Shown here one piece after another: positions 48,169 to 58,305 of a DNA stretch of 64,000 bases. Numbering within the stretch: the first letter of the stretch is position 1; each line of letters opens with the position of its first letter. The notes beneath the pieces were generated by a model that had not been told where the DNA came from, made no database searches, and saw nothing but the letters and a program-made list of their open reading frames with translations. The position numbers were made by a program, and so were the translations under genes. Source of the stretch: Bacillota bacterium (GTDB taxonomy: Bacteria > Bacillota > SHA-98 > UBA4971); contig JASEJE010000012.1 of assembly GCA_030024085.1 (NCBI GenBank), positions 5,092 to 69,091 on the forward strand, in the 5' to 3' direction.

Positions 48169-49560
48169 CTACGCGGTCCGCGCCTTCGGCATGTACTTCT
48201 CGATGTACTCCTCGCGCACCCTCTTAAGTTCCCTCACAGGAAGCATCGCCAGGAGTTCCCAGCCTATGCCGAGTGTCCGCTCAATCAACCGGTTCTCCTC
48301 CGGGCCTTGCTTCACATAACGCGCCTCGAACTCATCCGCGAACCTGGAGAACTGCTTATCAACCTCGGAGAGTGCGGCTTCGCCAAGGATCACCGCGAGT
48401 TCCTTGGCCTCCTTGCCGCGCGCGTACGCGGCGTAGAGCTGGTTCATGGTATCTGCGTGGTCCTCGCGGGTCTTGCCCTTGCCAATGCCCTTGTCCTTCA
48501 GCCGCGACAGGGACGGCAGGACGTCGATAGGCGGGTAGATGCCCTTGCGATGCAGCTCGCGCGAGAGGAATATCTGCCCTTCGGTAATGTAGCCCGTCAG
48601 GTCCACGATGGGATGGGTCTTGTCGTCCTCAGGCATGGTCAGGATGGGGATCTGCGTGATAGACCCCTTTCGCCCCTTGATCCTTCCGGCCCGCTCATAA
48701 ATGGTGGCGAGGTCGGTGTAGAGGTACCCCGGATAGCCGCGCCGCCCCGGCACCTCCTTGCGCGCCGCGGACACCTCGCGCAGGGCCTCGCAGTAGTTGG
48801 TCATGTCCGTCAGGATCACGAGCACGTGCATGTCCTTTTCGTATGCCAGGTACTCCGCTGCCGTCAAGGCCATCCTCGGCGTGGATATGCGCTCGATGGC
48901 AGGGTCGTTCGCAAGGTTCAGGAAGAGCACCGCGCGCTCGATGGCGCCTGTACGCCGGAAGTCAGTGATGAAGTAGTCCGCCTCTTCGAACGTGATGCCC
49001 ATTGCGCCGAAGACGACGGAGAACTTCTCCTCGGTGCCCAGCACCCGCGCCTGTCTTGCGATCTGCGCCGCCAGGCTCGCGTGGGGAAGGCCCGACGCAG
49101 AGAAGATGGGCAGCTTCTGGCCGCGCACCAGGGTGTTCAGGCCGTCTATGGCGGAGACCCCCGTCTGGATGAACTCCGAAGGATAGTCGCGGGCGTAAGG
49201 ATTCACCGGGTTGCCGTTTATGTCGAGCTTCCTGTCGGGGATCACCGCCGGGCCGCCGTCACGAGGACGCCCGAACCCGTCGAAGACCCGCCCGAGCATG
49301 TCGGGGGATACCGCCAGCTCTATGCCTCTCCCGAGGAACCTCACCCTCGCCCGGGCCAAGTTGAGCCCAGCAGATCCCTCGAAGAGCTGGACGAGGGCCC
49401 TGGAGCCCGACGCCTCGAGGACCCTTCCGCGCCTGGTCTCACCCGAGGCGATCTCTATCTCCACCAGTTCCCCGTACTTTATGTCCTGGACCTGCTCGAC
49501 CATCATGAGAGGCCCCGCGACTTCCGAAACCGTCAGGTATTCCTTAAGCAACCTCTTCAC
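48169..49560 (-). CDS. atpB: V-type ATP synthase subunit B
   Basis: 463 aa. Non-catalytic B-subunit features: [31 protein letters not shown]. Confidence 0.96.
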   Translation of the reverse strand: MKRLLKEYLTVSEVAGPLMMVEQVQDIKYGELVEIEIASGETRRGRVLEASGSRALVQLFEGSAGLNLARARVRFLGRGIELAVSPDMLGRVFDGFGRPRDGGPAVIPDRKLDINGNPVNPYARDYPSEFIQTGVSAIDGLNTLVRGQKLPIFSASGLPHASLAAQIARQARVLGTEEKFSVVFGAMGITFEEADYFITDFRRTGAIERAVLFLNLANDPAIERISTPRMALTAAEYLAYEKDMHVLVILTDMTNYCEALREVSAARKEVPGRRGYPGYLYTDLATIYERAGRIKGRKGSITQIPILTMPEDDKTHPIVDLTGYITEGQIFLSRELHRKGIYPPIDVLPSLSRLKDKGIGKGKTREDHADTMNQLYAAYARGKEAKELAVILGEAALSEVDKQFSRFADEFEARYVKQGPEENRLIERTLGIGWELLAMLPVRELKRVREEYIEKYMPKARTA

Positions 49561-51316
49561 CCCCAGCCTGGGTCAGGGCGGCGAACGCCTTCGCTATGTC
49601 CTCGCGGACCTTATCGAGCCTGGCCGTATCGCTCTCCGGCACGTACTTCATCCTCGCGATGACGTCCCTCACGGGAAGGTCGAGGATGGCGTCGAGGCCC
49701 GCGCCCTGCTCTACAGCGGCAAGCGCCGCATGATGGAATTCGAGAATGGCCTTGAGCATCAGGCGCTGTTTCGCAAGGGACGTGTAGGTGTCCACCTCGT
49801 GGTACGCGTTCTGGTGCAGGAAGTCCTCGCGCAGGCTCTTCGCGGTCTCCAGCGTCAGCCTATCCTTGACAGAGAGCGCGTCCACGCCGACCAGCCGCAC
49901 TATCTCCTCGAGTTCGGCCTCTTCCTGGAGGATCTTCATCGCTTCCGCGCGAAGCACCCCGAAGTCGGACGCCACGGTCGCAGTTATGTGCTCCTCGAGC
50001 CTCTCAAGGTATAGCGAGTAACTGATGAGCCAGTTGATGGCCGGGAAGTGCCGCCGCGCCGCAAGAGAGTCGTCGAGGCCCCAGAAGACCTTCACGATCC
50101 TCAGCGTGGCCTGGGTCACCGGCTCCGAGAGGTCTCCGCCTGGAGGCGACACCGCCCCCACCACTGTGAGCGTGCCCTCGCGGTTGTCGCTGCCGAGACA
50201 CCTTACGCGGCCGGCCCTCTCGTAGAATTCCGCGGCCCTCGAGCCGAGGTACGCAGGGTATCCTTCCTCGCCCGGCATCTCTTCGAGTCGCCCGGATATC
50301 TCGCGCAAGGCCTCCGCCCACCGCGAAGTGGAGTCGGCCATGAGCGCCACGTTGTAGCCCATGTCTCGGAAGTACTCGGCCATCGTAATCCCCGTGTACA
50401 CCGAGGCCTCCCGCGCCGCGACCGGCATGTCGGAGGTGTTCGCCACGAGCACCGTACGCTTCATGAGCGGCTCCCCGGTGCGCGGGTCCGTGAGCTCCGG
50501 AAAGTCCATGAGCACCTCGGTCATCTCGTTCCCTCGTTCGCCGCATCCGACGTAGACGATGATGTCAGCGTCAGCCCACCTCGCAAGCTGGTGCTGCACC
50601 ACTGTCTTGCCGCTGCCGAACGGGCCGGGCACGCACGCTGTTCCGCCCTTGGCCACCGGGAAGAACGTGTCGATGATGCGCTGCCCGGTGATGAGCGGCT
50701 GGCAGGGTGCGAGCTTTTCCCTGTAAGGACGGCCCCGCCGCACAGGCCAGCGCGTGAGCATGGTTATGTCCCTTACTCCTGACGCCGTCTTGACCCTGGC
50801 CACCACATCGAGCACGGTGAATTCGCCGGCCCGGATATCCTCAACGGTTCCCTCGACGTCGCGGGGGACCATGATCCTGTGCTCCACCACGCTCGTCTCC
50901 TGGACCACCCCGAGCACGTCGCCTGGGCCTACCTGGTCGCCGGGTCTCACCCGCGGCTCGAAGTGCCACTTGCGCTCGCGGTCGAGGCCGGGTAGCTCCA
51001 CGCCGCGCTCGATGCGGTCGCCGACTGCGGCACGGATCTTGTCGAGAGGCCTCTGAATCCCGTCGTAGATGGACTCGATGAGGCCGGGTCCGAGCTCAAC
51101 CGAAAGGGCCTCCCCCGTCGAATACACCGGCTCCCCGGGCCCGAGCCCGGCGGTCTCTTCGTAGACCTGGATCGATGCCCTGTCGCCCCTCATCTCGATG
51201 ATCTCGCCGATGAGCTTCTTCTCGCTCACGCGCACCACGTCGTACATCCTGGCGTCCTGCATCCCTTCGGCTACGACGAGCGGCCCCGAAACCTTGATGA
51301 TCCTTCCTGAGTCCAT
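49544..51316 (-). CDS. atpA: V-type ATP synthase catalytic subunit A
   Basis: 590 aa. Walker [10 protein letters not shown] plus the characteristic non-homologous insert region. Confidence 0.96.
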   Translation of the reverse strand: MDSGRIIKVSGPLVVAEGMQDARMYDVVRVSEKKLIGEIIEMRGDRASIQVYEETAGLGPGEPVYSTGEALSVELGPGLIESIYDGIQRPLDKIRAAVGDRIERGVELPGLDRERKWHFEPRVRPGDQVGPGDVLGVVQETSVVEHRIMVPRDVEGTVEDIRAGEFTVLDVVARVKTASGVRDITMLTRWPVRRGRPYREKLAPCQPLITGQRIIDTFFPVAKGGTACVPGPFGSGKTVVQHQLARWADADIIVYVGCGERGNEMTEVLMDFPELTDPRTGEPLMKRTVLVANTSDMPVAAREASVYTGITMAEYFRDMGYNVALMADSTSRWAEALREISGRLEEMPGEEGYPAYLGSRAAEFYERAGRVRCLGSDNREGTLTVVGAVSPPGGDLSEPVTQATLRIVKVFWGLDDSLAARRHFPAINWLISYSLYLERLEEHITATVASDFGVLRAEAMKILQEEAELEEIVRLVGVDALSVKDRLTLETAKSLREDFLHQNAYHEVDTYTSLAKQRLMLKAILEFHHAALAAVEQGAGLDAILDLPVRDVIARMKYVPESDTARLDKVREDIAKAFAALTQAGGEEVA

Positions 51317-51324
51317 GGACGATC

Positions 51325-51657
51325 CTACCCTCTCTCTTGAAACAGGATATCGGCTCCGACCGCCTTCTCGACGATCTTCTTCATCCTTTGCGAGGCAAGC
51401 CCCAGAGAACCGCCCACGCCCGGAATGATGAGCACCGCAGGAAGCGGTGCGCCACCGAACCCCTCGATGACGTCGGGCACGGCCTTTGCGACCTGCTCTG
51501 TCACGAAGATGCCGGCGTACCCGCCCTTGCGCGCCTCCTGGAGAACGGATGCAGCATCGTCTTCGCGCCCCACGATAAACACGTCAACCCCAAGTGCGCG
51601 AAAGCCGAAAACCGTCTCTTCTTCGCCAACGGCTGCGAACCTATACATGGGCATCAC
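51325..51657 (-). CDS. atpF: V-type ATP synthase subunit F
   Basis: 110 aa. [21 protein letters not shown] is typical of the F subunit. It sits between C and A. Confidence 0.88.
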   Translation of the reverse strand: MMPMYRFAAVGEEETVFGFRALGVDVFIVGREDDAASVLQEARKGGYAGIFVTEQVAKAVPDVIEGFGGAPLPAVLIIPGVGGSLGLASQRMKKIVEKAVGADILFQERG

Positions 51658-52654
51658 GCAGCCTTTCTCTCACGCTCTCCCTGGACATGCCCGAGATCTT
51701 TCCCACAAGGACCAGCCTTACCAGCTTGAGCTCATGCAGCTTCGCGAACATGAACCCGATAAGGGGTTCGGGACCCAGGGGCACGTACCGAGCCTTGCGA
51801 ATACCCTCCCACATCGCGGCCTCCGAGAGCCTTTCCAGCTCAGCAAGGGGCTCCCCCGCGGCAAGCGCGGCTGCCGCCCGCCGTGCCAGGGCCTCATAGC
51901 CTGTGCCCGCAAGCCCCGCGGCCACCGCCTCCGGGGGTTGCTCATAACAGGCAATGAGCCGCAAGGGGCTGATCTTTCCCCCCGGCACCATGGCCTCCGC
52001 CGCCATGTCCCTCTCCCTTCCCATCCTCCTGGATCTGAAGAACACCGAGAGGTTGAGAAGGTCCACCTCCATCTCCACGAGGTCCACGAGATACTGGATG
52101 CCAAGGGACTTCGCTCCGGCCAGAAGGTAGCGATACATCTCCCGATCCACGGCGATGTCGATGGTCTCAGGCACGGCGCGGATGTCATGGGCGGCCCTCG
52201 CCGCACCGAGGGCTTTCGCGAGATGGGGAGGAAGGTCCCTGGTCTCGCCCTCGATGGCCCGCTCGATGACGGCGAGATCGACCGTCCCGTGCCTGGCCAC
52301 GGCCTTCTCCGGAGGAACCCGGTGCAGCCTGGCCTTGAGCATGACTTTCAGGTTGTGGAAGTCCCACCTGGCGGTGATGAACTCCATGAGCCGCGGGTCC
52401 GGTGTGGTTTCCCGGACCAGTCGCGCGAGCCTCTCCTCCTCGCCGGACACGATGTCATCGACGGTCGGACGCGCCTTTTCGGAGAGCTGCGCACCGGCGT
52501 AGCCTGCTTCTGCGAGCACCTTCAGCGCGCCCTCAACGTCGGGGGCATCGATCATGCGATCGATACGACCTCGGTCGAGAAGCCTCGTCTCGAGGACCCT
52601 CACGCGCCCGGTCGCATACGCATACTTCGATTCAAGCCCAAGCATCTGCCACAT
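51641..52654 (-). CDS. atpC: V-type ATP synthase subunit C (d-like)
   Basis: 337-aa helical protein in the conserved E-C-F order. Confidence 0.85.
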   Translation of the reverse strand: MWQMLGLESKYAYATGRVRVLETRLLDRGRIDRMIDAPDVEGALKVLAEAGYAGAQLSEKARPTVDDIVSGEEERLARLVRETTPDPRLMEFITARWDFHNLKVMLKARLHRVPPEKAVARHGTVDLAVIERAIEGETRDLPPHLAKALGAARAAHDIRAVPETIDIAVDREMYRYLLAGAKSLGIQYLVDLVEMEVDLLNLSVFFRSRRMGRERDMAAEAMVPGGKISPLRLIACYEQPPEAVAAGLAGTGYEALARRAAAALAAGEPLAELERLSEAAMWEGIRKARYVPLGPEPLIGFMFAKLHELKLVRLVLVGKISGMSRESVRERLRDAHV

Positions 52655-52685
52655 GTCACCTCCCGGGATGCCATGGTGTTCGGCA

Positions 52686-53285
52686 TCAGCCGAAGAGGAC
52701 CCTGGCTACATCCACCACGAGCGCCTCCCGCTCCCGCCCCAGGATCGCGTCGAACGTGCAGTTCACTTCCATGCTGCCTGTGCGTATCACGAAGCCACCG
52801 TCAAACTCACCTGGAGCGTCTGCGAGCCGAAGAGCCGCCTTGCGACCCTGCCGTGCCAGCTCCGCGTTCACCTCGGCGACGACCTCAGGACCCACGGTTT
52901 CAAGGTCACGCGGACACACGACGACCTGCTCGTCGCCGCTCTCCACCGCCTTCAGCATCTCCCGCTTCAAATAGGCTCTGTACCGGGCGGAATCGAGCGA
53001 AGCCAGGCGCTTCCGGGCTTCCTGGAAGACCTCATCGATGAGGGCAGCCTTCGTCGCCAGCACTTGCTTGCGAGCGTCGAGCTCCGCGAGGGTGAGGGTG
53101 CGCCGCCGATCCTCGTCAGCCCTCTCCTTCCCCCGCGCAAGCTCCTCATCGCGCTCACGCGCCGCCTCAGCTCGCGCCTCGGCCAGTATCGCCTCGGCCT
53201 CAGCCGTTGCTGCCCCAAGAATCTCCTTGGCCCTGGCTCTTCCATCCTCCAGGATCTTCTCCTGCATCTTCTCGAGAGCAGACAT
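52686..53285 (-). CDS. atpE: V-type ATP synthase subunit E
   Basis: 199 aa. A long charged N-terminal helix (ILEDGRARAKEILGAATAEAEAILAEARAEAARERDE) and a globular C-terminus. Confidence 0.88.
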   Translation of the reverse strand: MSALEKMQEKILEDGRARAKEILGAATAEAEAILAEARAEAARERDEELARGKERADEDRRRTLTLAELDARKQVLATKAALIDEVFQEARKRLASLDSARYRAYLKREMLKAVESGDEQVVVCPRDLETVGPEVVAEVNAELARQGRKAALRLADAPGEFDGGFVIRTGSMEVNCTFDAILGREREALVVDVARVLFG

Positions 53286-53780
53286 TCACGCCACTCCTTT
53301 AAGAGGCAGGCCGAACATGATGAGAAGCAGCGAGGCGAGGAACGCCAGCACTGCGTACGTCTCCACCATAGCTGCAAAAGTGACGGGCTTGCCGAGCTCC
53401 TCTGGCCTCTTGGCCACAACCCCGACGCCGGCAGCGGCGACCTTACCTTGGTGGATGGCGGAGAGCCACCCCACTATGGCAATAGGGAGCACCGCCATGA
53501 TGACGAGGAGCCCCTCAAATGTGGTCAGCCTGAGCACGTTCCCGCTGAACACGCCGAGCTTCATCATGAGGACGAACCCCGTGAGCAGCCCATATATCCC
53601 CTGCGTCCCCGGGATGACCTGCAGCAGCAATATCTGTCCGAACTTGTCAGGGTCTTCCGTCACAACCCCCGACCCTGCGGAGCCGACCAGACCGACCCCC
53701 ACTGCCGACCCGACACCCGGTAGCGCTACCGCCAGGGCTATGCCAAGGAACCCGAGAATCATACCAACAGTGACGCCCAT
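53286..53780 (-). CDS. atpK: V-type ATP synthase proteolipid subunit K (duplicated, 4 TM)
   Basis: 164 aa. LLLQVIPGTQGIYG, SAIHQGKVAAAG and FAAMVETYAVL are near-identical to the motifs of Enterococcus hirae NtpK as I remember it. Confidence 0.93.
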   Translation of the reverse strand: MGVTVGMILGFLGIALAVALPGVGSAVGVGLVGSAGSGVVTEDPDKFGQILLLQVIPGTQGIYGLLTGFVLMMKLGVFSGNVLRLTTFEGLLVIMAVLPIAIVGWLSAIHQGKVAAAGVGVVAKRPEELGKPVTFAAMVETYAVLAFLASLLLIMFGLPLKGVA

Positions 53781-53786
53781 CTTGTG

Positions 53787-55796
53787 TTAAGCCTCCCCTT
53801 CCTCCAGGACTTCGATGTACCTCGTTCTCTTTCTGAACGGCAGGAACCTCCGACCGCCGCCCTCGAAGAACTTGCTGAAGAACTCCACGTACTGGAGCCT
53901 GCTCGAGTGCACGTAAGACCCGACAACGTTTATGGCCAGGTTGAACCCATGCCCAACGGCGAGAAGCAGGGTCATCGGTATCCACCCCACGAACGGGATG
54001 CCGAGCATCCGAAGGGCCATGTCATCGATGACGACCGCGATCACGGAGGACGCAAGCCCTAGGGCAAGCAGCCTCGAGTAGGACAACACATCGCTGAGAT
54101 AGCCCGTGACGCCGTAGAGACTCAGAAGCCCGGACCCAAGGCGCTTGATGGGGTTCCTGTGCGCGCGGCCTTGCGTCAGGATGAGGCCTGCCGCGCCGGC
54201 GATGGCAAGCCACTGGCCAGCTGCGCCAAGCGAGGCGTTCTTCAGACCGGAGCCGCCCAGAATCAGAAGGAGGCCCGTGAGGAACACGTACCAGAACCCC
54301 TGATCGAAGATCCCGTCGAGCACCCTGCTCTGCCTGACATTGGCATAGAACTTGATTCCAAGACCGACATAGATCTGTATGACCCCAAGGCCGAACGACA
54401 CGCCCAGCATGAGCATGGGGTTATCCATCGGGTTGAACCACAGCGGCGGGATCTTGACCAGATTGCCCAGCCAGCCGCCGGTCAGCGCTCCCACTATCGC
54501 CGACGACACCCCGCACATGGCGAGGAGCGTGAAGAGCTTCTTCGCAAGGCCCGCCATCTTCACCTTTTTCAGCAGCAACAGCGACAGGGCCGTAAGCCCA
54601 ATCCCGTACCCGACGTCGCCGAGGGCCATGCCGAAGAATATGAAGAAGAACGGGGCCAGAGCGAACGTTGGGTCTACCGACCCGGTTCGCGGCATGCTGT
54701 AAATCTCCGTCACCGCCTCGAACGGAGTGACCGGGCCGGGGTTATCGAGCGCAACCGGTGGGACCTCGTCTGCGAGCGGATCACGGGACTCGATGTGAAT
54801 GAGATCGAACCTCGACGTGAGCGCCTCCTGCAAGGCCGGCACGTCGGACGCTCTCACCCAACCCTCGACCGCGAACGCCGTACGGGTCGCGGGGCAATCA
54901 CGCTCGACAAGTCGCCTCTCGCGCTCCATGGACAGGCTATCATACAGGGACAGCACCTTGACGCGCTCCGCAAGGAGCGGCTTGACCTCCTCCCGAACAC
55001 GCGCCAGTTCAACCCCGATTCGCGACAGTTCGTCGGAACACTTGCGGATCTCCTCGGCAGGAGTTCCCTCGAGCGCCGGCAACCCAGATGGCGATGTCCC
55101 GCATCCGGCCAGGATGTCGAGGACTTGCTGCTTGTCTGGGGCAAGACACATGATCACGGCAGCCACCGTGCGCTTGCCCTCCGGGCCGTGCTCCACGTGC
55201 ACTGCGTAGCATGCGTCTTCGAGCTCCTTTACGGCCTCATCGAAAGCCTTCACGGGAATCTCGCATGGAATGAGGCAGAACGCATGCCCCTCTGCAATGC
55301 TCGCGAGTGGAACATCCAGCCACTCCCATGGCTGAAGCTGCTTCAAAGTGGTGTTGACACGGCTCTCTTCGTTGCGGATCCTCGTGATCTCCTCATCCAG
55401 CTTGCGGCACTTTTCATAGATGCTGTGGCCCTCATCGCACAGGCCCTCGTACGCCTCGAACGACGATTCATCGAGGGGGATCTTGCCTCCGGCGAATTGC
55501 TGGATGAAGCCTTTCTTGACCTTCTCGAACCCGTCGAAGAACTCTATGCAGTATTTGAGCTCCGCGAGGCGCTGGTCGATCTCCTCGAAGTCGGCGACCT
55601 GCTCTGACGGAGGGGCGCCACCGCGTTGTGCGCGCCCATCGTGGAGGCCCGCGCCTTCGGAGGAATCCCCGCCGTCGAGTCCGTAGTCGCCTTTTGCGAT
55701 CTCGAGAACCCCGAGTTCCTGCAGGGTCTCAGTGATACGTTCAGCCTCAGGCGTGGGTGCAACCAGCAGGACCTTCTTCATCCTAGCGATTGCCAC
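53787..55796 (-). CDS. atpI: V-type ATP synthase subunit I (a-like stator/proton channel)
   Basis: 669 aa. A cytosolic N-terminal half plus a multi-TM C-terminal half with a conserved Arg region (SYSRLLALGLAS). Confidence 0.93.
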   Translation of the reverse strand: MAIARMKKVLLVAPTPEAERITETLQELGVLEIAKGDYGLDGGDSSEGAGLHDGRAQRGGAPPSEQVADFEEIDQRLAELKYCIEFFDGFEKVKKGFIQQFAGGKIPLDESSFEAYEGLCDEGHSIYEKCRKLDEEITRIRNEESRVNTTLKQLQPWEWLDVPLASIAEGHAFCLIPCEIPVKAFDEAVKELEDACYAVHVEHGPEGKRTVAAVIMCLAPDKQQVLDILAGCGTSPSGLPALEGTPAEEIRKCSDELSRIGVELARVREEVKPLLAERVKVLSLYDSLSMERERRLVERDCPATRTAFAVEGWVRASDVPALQEALTSRFDLIHIESRDPLADEVPPVALDNPGPVTPFEAVTEIYSMPRTGSVDPTFALAPFFFIFFGMALGDVGYGIGLTALSLLLLKKVKMAGLAKKLFTLLAMCGVSSAIVGALTGGWLGNLVKIPPLWFNPMDNPMLMLGVSFGLGVIQIYVGLGIKFYANVRQSRVLDGIFDQGFWYVFLTGLLLILGGSGLKNASLGAAGQWLAIAGAAGLILTQGRAHRNPIKRLGSGLLSLYGVTGYLSDVLSYSRLLALGLASSVIAVVIDDMALRMLGIPFVGWIPMTLLLAVGHGFNLAINVVGSYVHSSRLQYVEFFSKFFEGGGRRFLPFRKRTRYIEVLEEGEA

Positions 55797-56109
55797 TTGC
55801 CGTCACGATCCTCTCCACCACAAGATCCACCGCCTCAGCCATCCGGGCCCGCGCCTGGATCTCCAGGTCGCGGCACCCGGCCGCCGCCCTCTCCGCGATC
55901 CTGGCTGCGGCAGCCCGAGCCTCGGCCTCCTGGGCCTTTGCGCTCGCTGTAGCCTCGGCTGCGGCCTCCGCCGCCGCGTTTTCCACGATCATCTTCGCGG
56001 AGGCGCGGGCATCCTGGACGATAGACCTGGCACGCGCCTCGGCCTCCCTGACAACCTCGTCAGCACCCGCCTCGGCGTCCTGCAACCGCTTCAGGGCCTC
56101 ATAAGCCAA
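55783..56109 (-). CDS. V-type ATP synthase small peripheral-stalk subunit (G/H-like)
   Basis: Ala/Glu-rich coiled-coil EALKRLQDAEAGADEVVREAEARARSIV, first gene of the operon. I chose the TTG start at 56109 after a GGGAGGTGGGAGG RBS; the ORF is open to 56181. Confidence 0.75.
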   Translation of the reverse strand: MAYEALKRLQDAEAGADEVVREAEARARSIVQDARASAKMIVENAAAEAAAEATASAKAQEAEARAAAARIAERAAAGCRDLEIQARARMAEAVDLVVERIVTASGNR

Positions 56110-56134
56110 GCCTCCCACCTCCCGACCGTCACCT

Positions 56135-56163
56135 ATTCTACTACAACGCGTACAAAGCAACAA
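56135..56163 (-). promoter_or_regulatory. Candidate sigma-A promoter of the V-ATPase operon (TTGTTG, 17-bp spacer, TAGAAT)
   Basis: The minus strand has TTGTTG (56163-56158), a 17-bp spacer, and TAGAAT (56140-56135), ~25 nt upstream of the TTG start. Confidence 0.35.
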
Positions 56164-56711
56164 CCCCTGCACGCAGGCCAAAACCCTGGTTTCACTCCCA
56201 CCAGGGCTTCAGCGGGCCCCCAAAGGACGGGCCAACGCTCCTACTTTTTCGCCATGAGAGCGGGAGTTCCTTCCTTGGACGGGGAGGCAGCAAACGGAAA
56301 GCTGGAAAACGAGACGAAATTGCGCTCCACCCGGGAACCTTGGAACGCGACGCGCGTTATGAGTTAGTGAAAGCCGGATGAAAAGGGAACGACCAGAAAG
56401 GACCACCAGGTATCAAGGAGTGTTCGAGGCGCGCGCCCTTTACCATATACCGTGTGGGAACCGACAGGGCAACAACACACCCTCCCGGCAGCAACAACAG
56501 CGACAACCGACCCACGCCAATAGACCACCCAAAACCCGGCGGAGGCCGCCGAGGTCCCCATCCATGGGGTGCCTTCGGCGGCTCCCGCTGTACCACGAAC
56601 GCTCCCGCGAACGTGCTCGCCTGCGCATGGAGTCATGGGCCGCCGCGCCTCATCTCGCCGGCGGCCCGTCCCAAAGTCGGGGCATTTCTGCACCCCCACT
56701 TAGTACTGCTC

Positions 56712-57302
56712 TGTCGCATATGGACCTCCTCGTAGTGCCGTCACTTGAGCTGATGGGCGACACACGTCACGGGTCCCTCCTCAACTGTTCCCTACGTCAT
56801 CGTTGAGAACCATCGACTGATGTACATCACTGGTCCGGGCTTTACCCGTTCTCTACGCCACACATGCAAGGGGAAGGATGATGTACGTCACTCGTCAGGC
56901 TCTTTCCGTTCCATACGTCACGCATCGGGAGCCGATCGGTGACGTACATCATCGTTGCCGCCTCACCCGTTCCCTGCGTCACGGGTTCTCCATGAATCGT
57001 TCCATACGTCACTCGTCAAAGCGGGACGGGTGACGTACATCACGGGTTCCTCCTGAGCCGTTCCCTACGTCATCATTGAGAGCCATCCAGTGATGTACAT
57101 CACTGGTCGGGACCTTACCTGTTCCCTGTGTCACGCATGCAAGAGGAAAGATGACGTACGTCACTCGTCAGGCTCTTTCCGTTCCGTACATCACGGGTTT
57201 GCCAGGAACTACACGACTGCACAGTTAGGACCCACCGGGGCCGGGAGTCGCCCTGCCAGACGAGCCCGCCACGGCCACCAAACCGGATGGCATTTCGTAT
57301 CT
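56712..57302. repeat. Phased box array, locus 2 (direct copy of locus 1, offset exactly 39,881 bp across the array)
   Basis: GTTCC-type boxes at 56787, 56848, 56908, 56969, 56999, 57060, 57121 and 57181. Palindromic boxes at 56817, 56878, 56939, 57029, 57090 and 57151. A perfect 20-bp palindrome CCAGTGATGTACATCACTGG lies at 57087-57106. Confidence 0.9.
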
Positions 57303-57314
57303 AGCAGCGCAGTA

Positions 57315-58298
57315 TCAGTGCCCTGATATGTGCCTCTCCGCCTCGACGGCCGCTATGGCGCCGTCGGCGACTGCGGTAACGACCTGTCGCACCGCCTTCG
57401 CACGGACATCTCCCGCCGCAAAGAGACCGGGCGTTCGGGTCATCATGCGGTCGTCCGTCACGATGTAGCCGCGGGGATCCATGTCTGCGAGACCCGCCAC
57501 GAATCCAGTGTCAGGTCGGCTGCCGACGGCGACGAAGACGCCGTCTGCGTCCAGGCGTCGCGTCTCGCCTGTCCTGGTGTCCTTGAGGATGACCCCTTCA
57601 ACTTTCCGCGCGCCGAGGATCTCCTCCACCACGGAGTTCCACGCAAAGTCGATCTTCGGGTTCCTGAAGGCGTCTTCCTGCACCACCTTCGTCGCGCGCA
57701 ACTGCTCCCGCCTGTGGACCACCGTCACATTCGATGCAAACCTCGTCAAAAAGAGCGCCTCGACTATCGCCGAATCTCCGCCGCCGATGACCAGGACGCG
57801 CCCATCGCGGAAGAACGCGCCGTCACAAGTGGCGCAGTATGACACACCGGCTCCGCGCAGCCTGTCCTCGCCTGGAACCCCAAGACGCACCGGTTCCGTC
57901 CCTGTGGCGACGATCACTGCCGCTGCGTGGAGGTCCCCTTCGCTCGAACTTACGACCAGCCCTCCGTCGCCAGTCGCAACAGCGTGGACCTCTGCGTAGT
58001 GGAACTCAGCGCCGAACCGGCGGGCCTGCTGCTCCATCCTCTGCATGAGGTCCGGCCCGGCAATCCCCTCGGGAAACCCGGGGTAGTTCTCGATGAGATG
58101 TGTGGTGGAGGCCTGTCCACCCGCAGCGCCCCGCTCGAGGACGACCGTGGCAAGCCTTGCTCGCCCTGCGTAGAGCGCGGCCGCAAGCCCGGCAGGGCCG
58201 GCCCCTATCACCGCAACTTCAGTTCTCACCGGTATCCTTGTCGCCAATGCCGTCTCACTCCTTCGTCGGCAGGTCGGTGCAGCATCGTACCACTCCAC
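57315..58298 (-). CDS. trxB: Thioredoxin-disulfide reductase
   Basis: VAVIGAGPAGLAAALYA FAD motif, redox-active CATCDG, and a GGGDSA NADPH motif. Confidence 0.95.
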   Translation of the reverse strand: MEWYDAAPTCRRRSETALATRIPVRTEVAVIGAGPAGLAAALYAGRARLATVVLERGAAGGQASTTHLIENYPGFPEGIAGPDLMQRMEQQARRFGAEFHYAEVHAVATGDGGLVVSSSEGDLHAAAVIVATGTEPVRLGVPGEDRLRGAGVSYCATCDGAFFRDGRVLVIGGGDSAIVEALFLTRFASNVTVVHRREQLRATKVVQEDAFRNPKIDFAWNSVVEEILGARKVEGVILKDTRTGETRRLDADGVFVAVGSRPDTGFVAGLADMDPRGYIVTDDRMMTRTPGLFAAGDVRAKAVRQVVTAVADGAIAAVEAERHISGH

Positions 58299-58305
58299 TA
58301 CGGCG

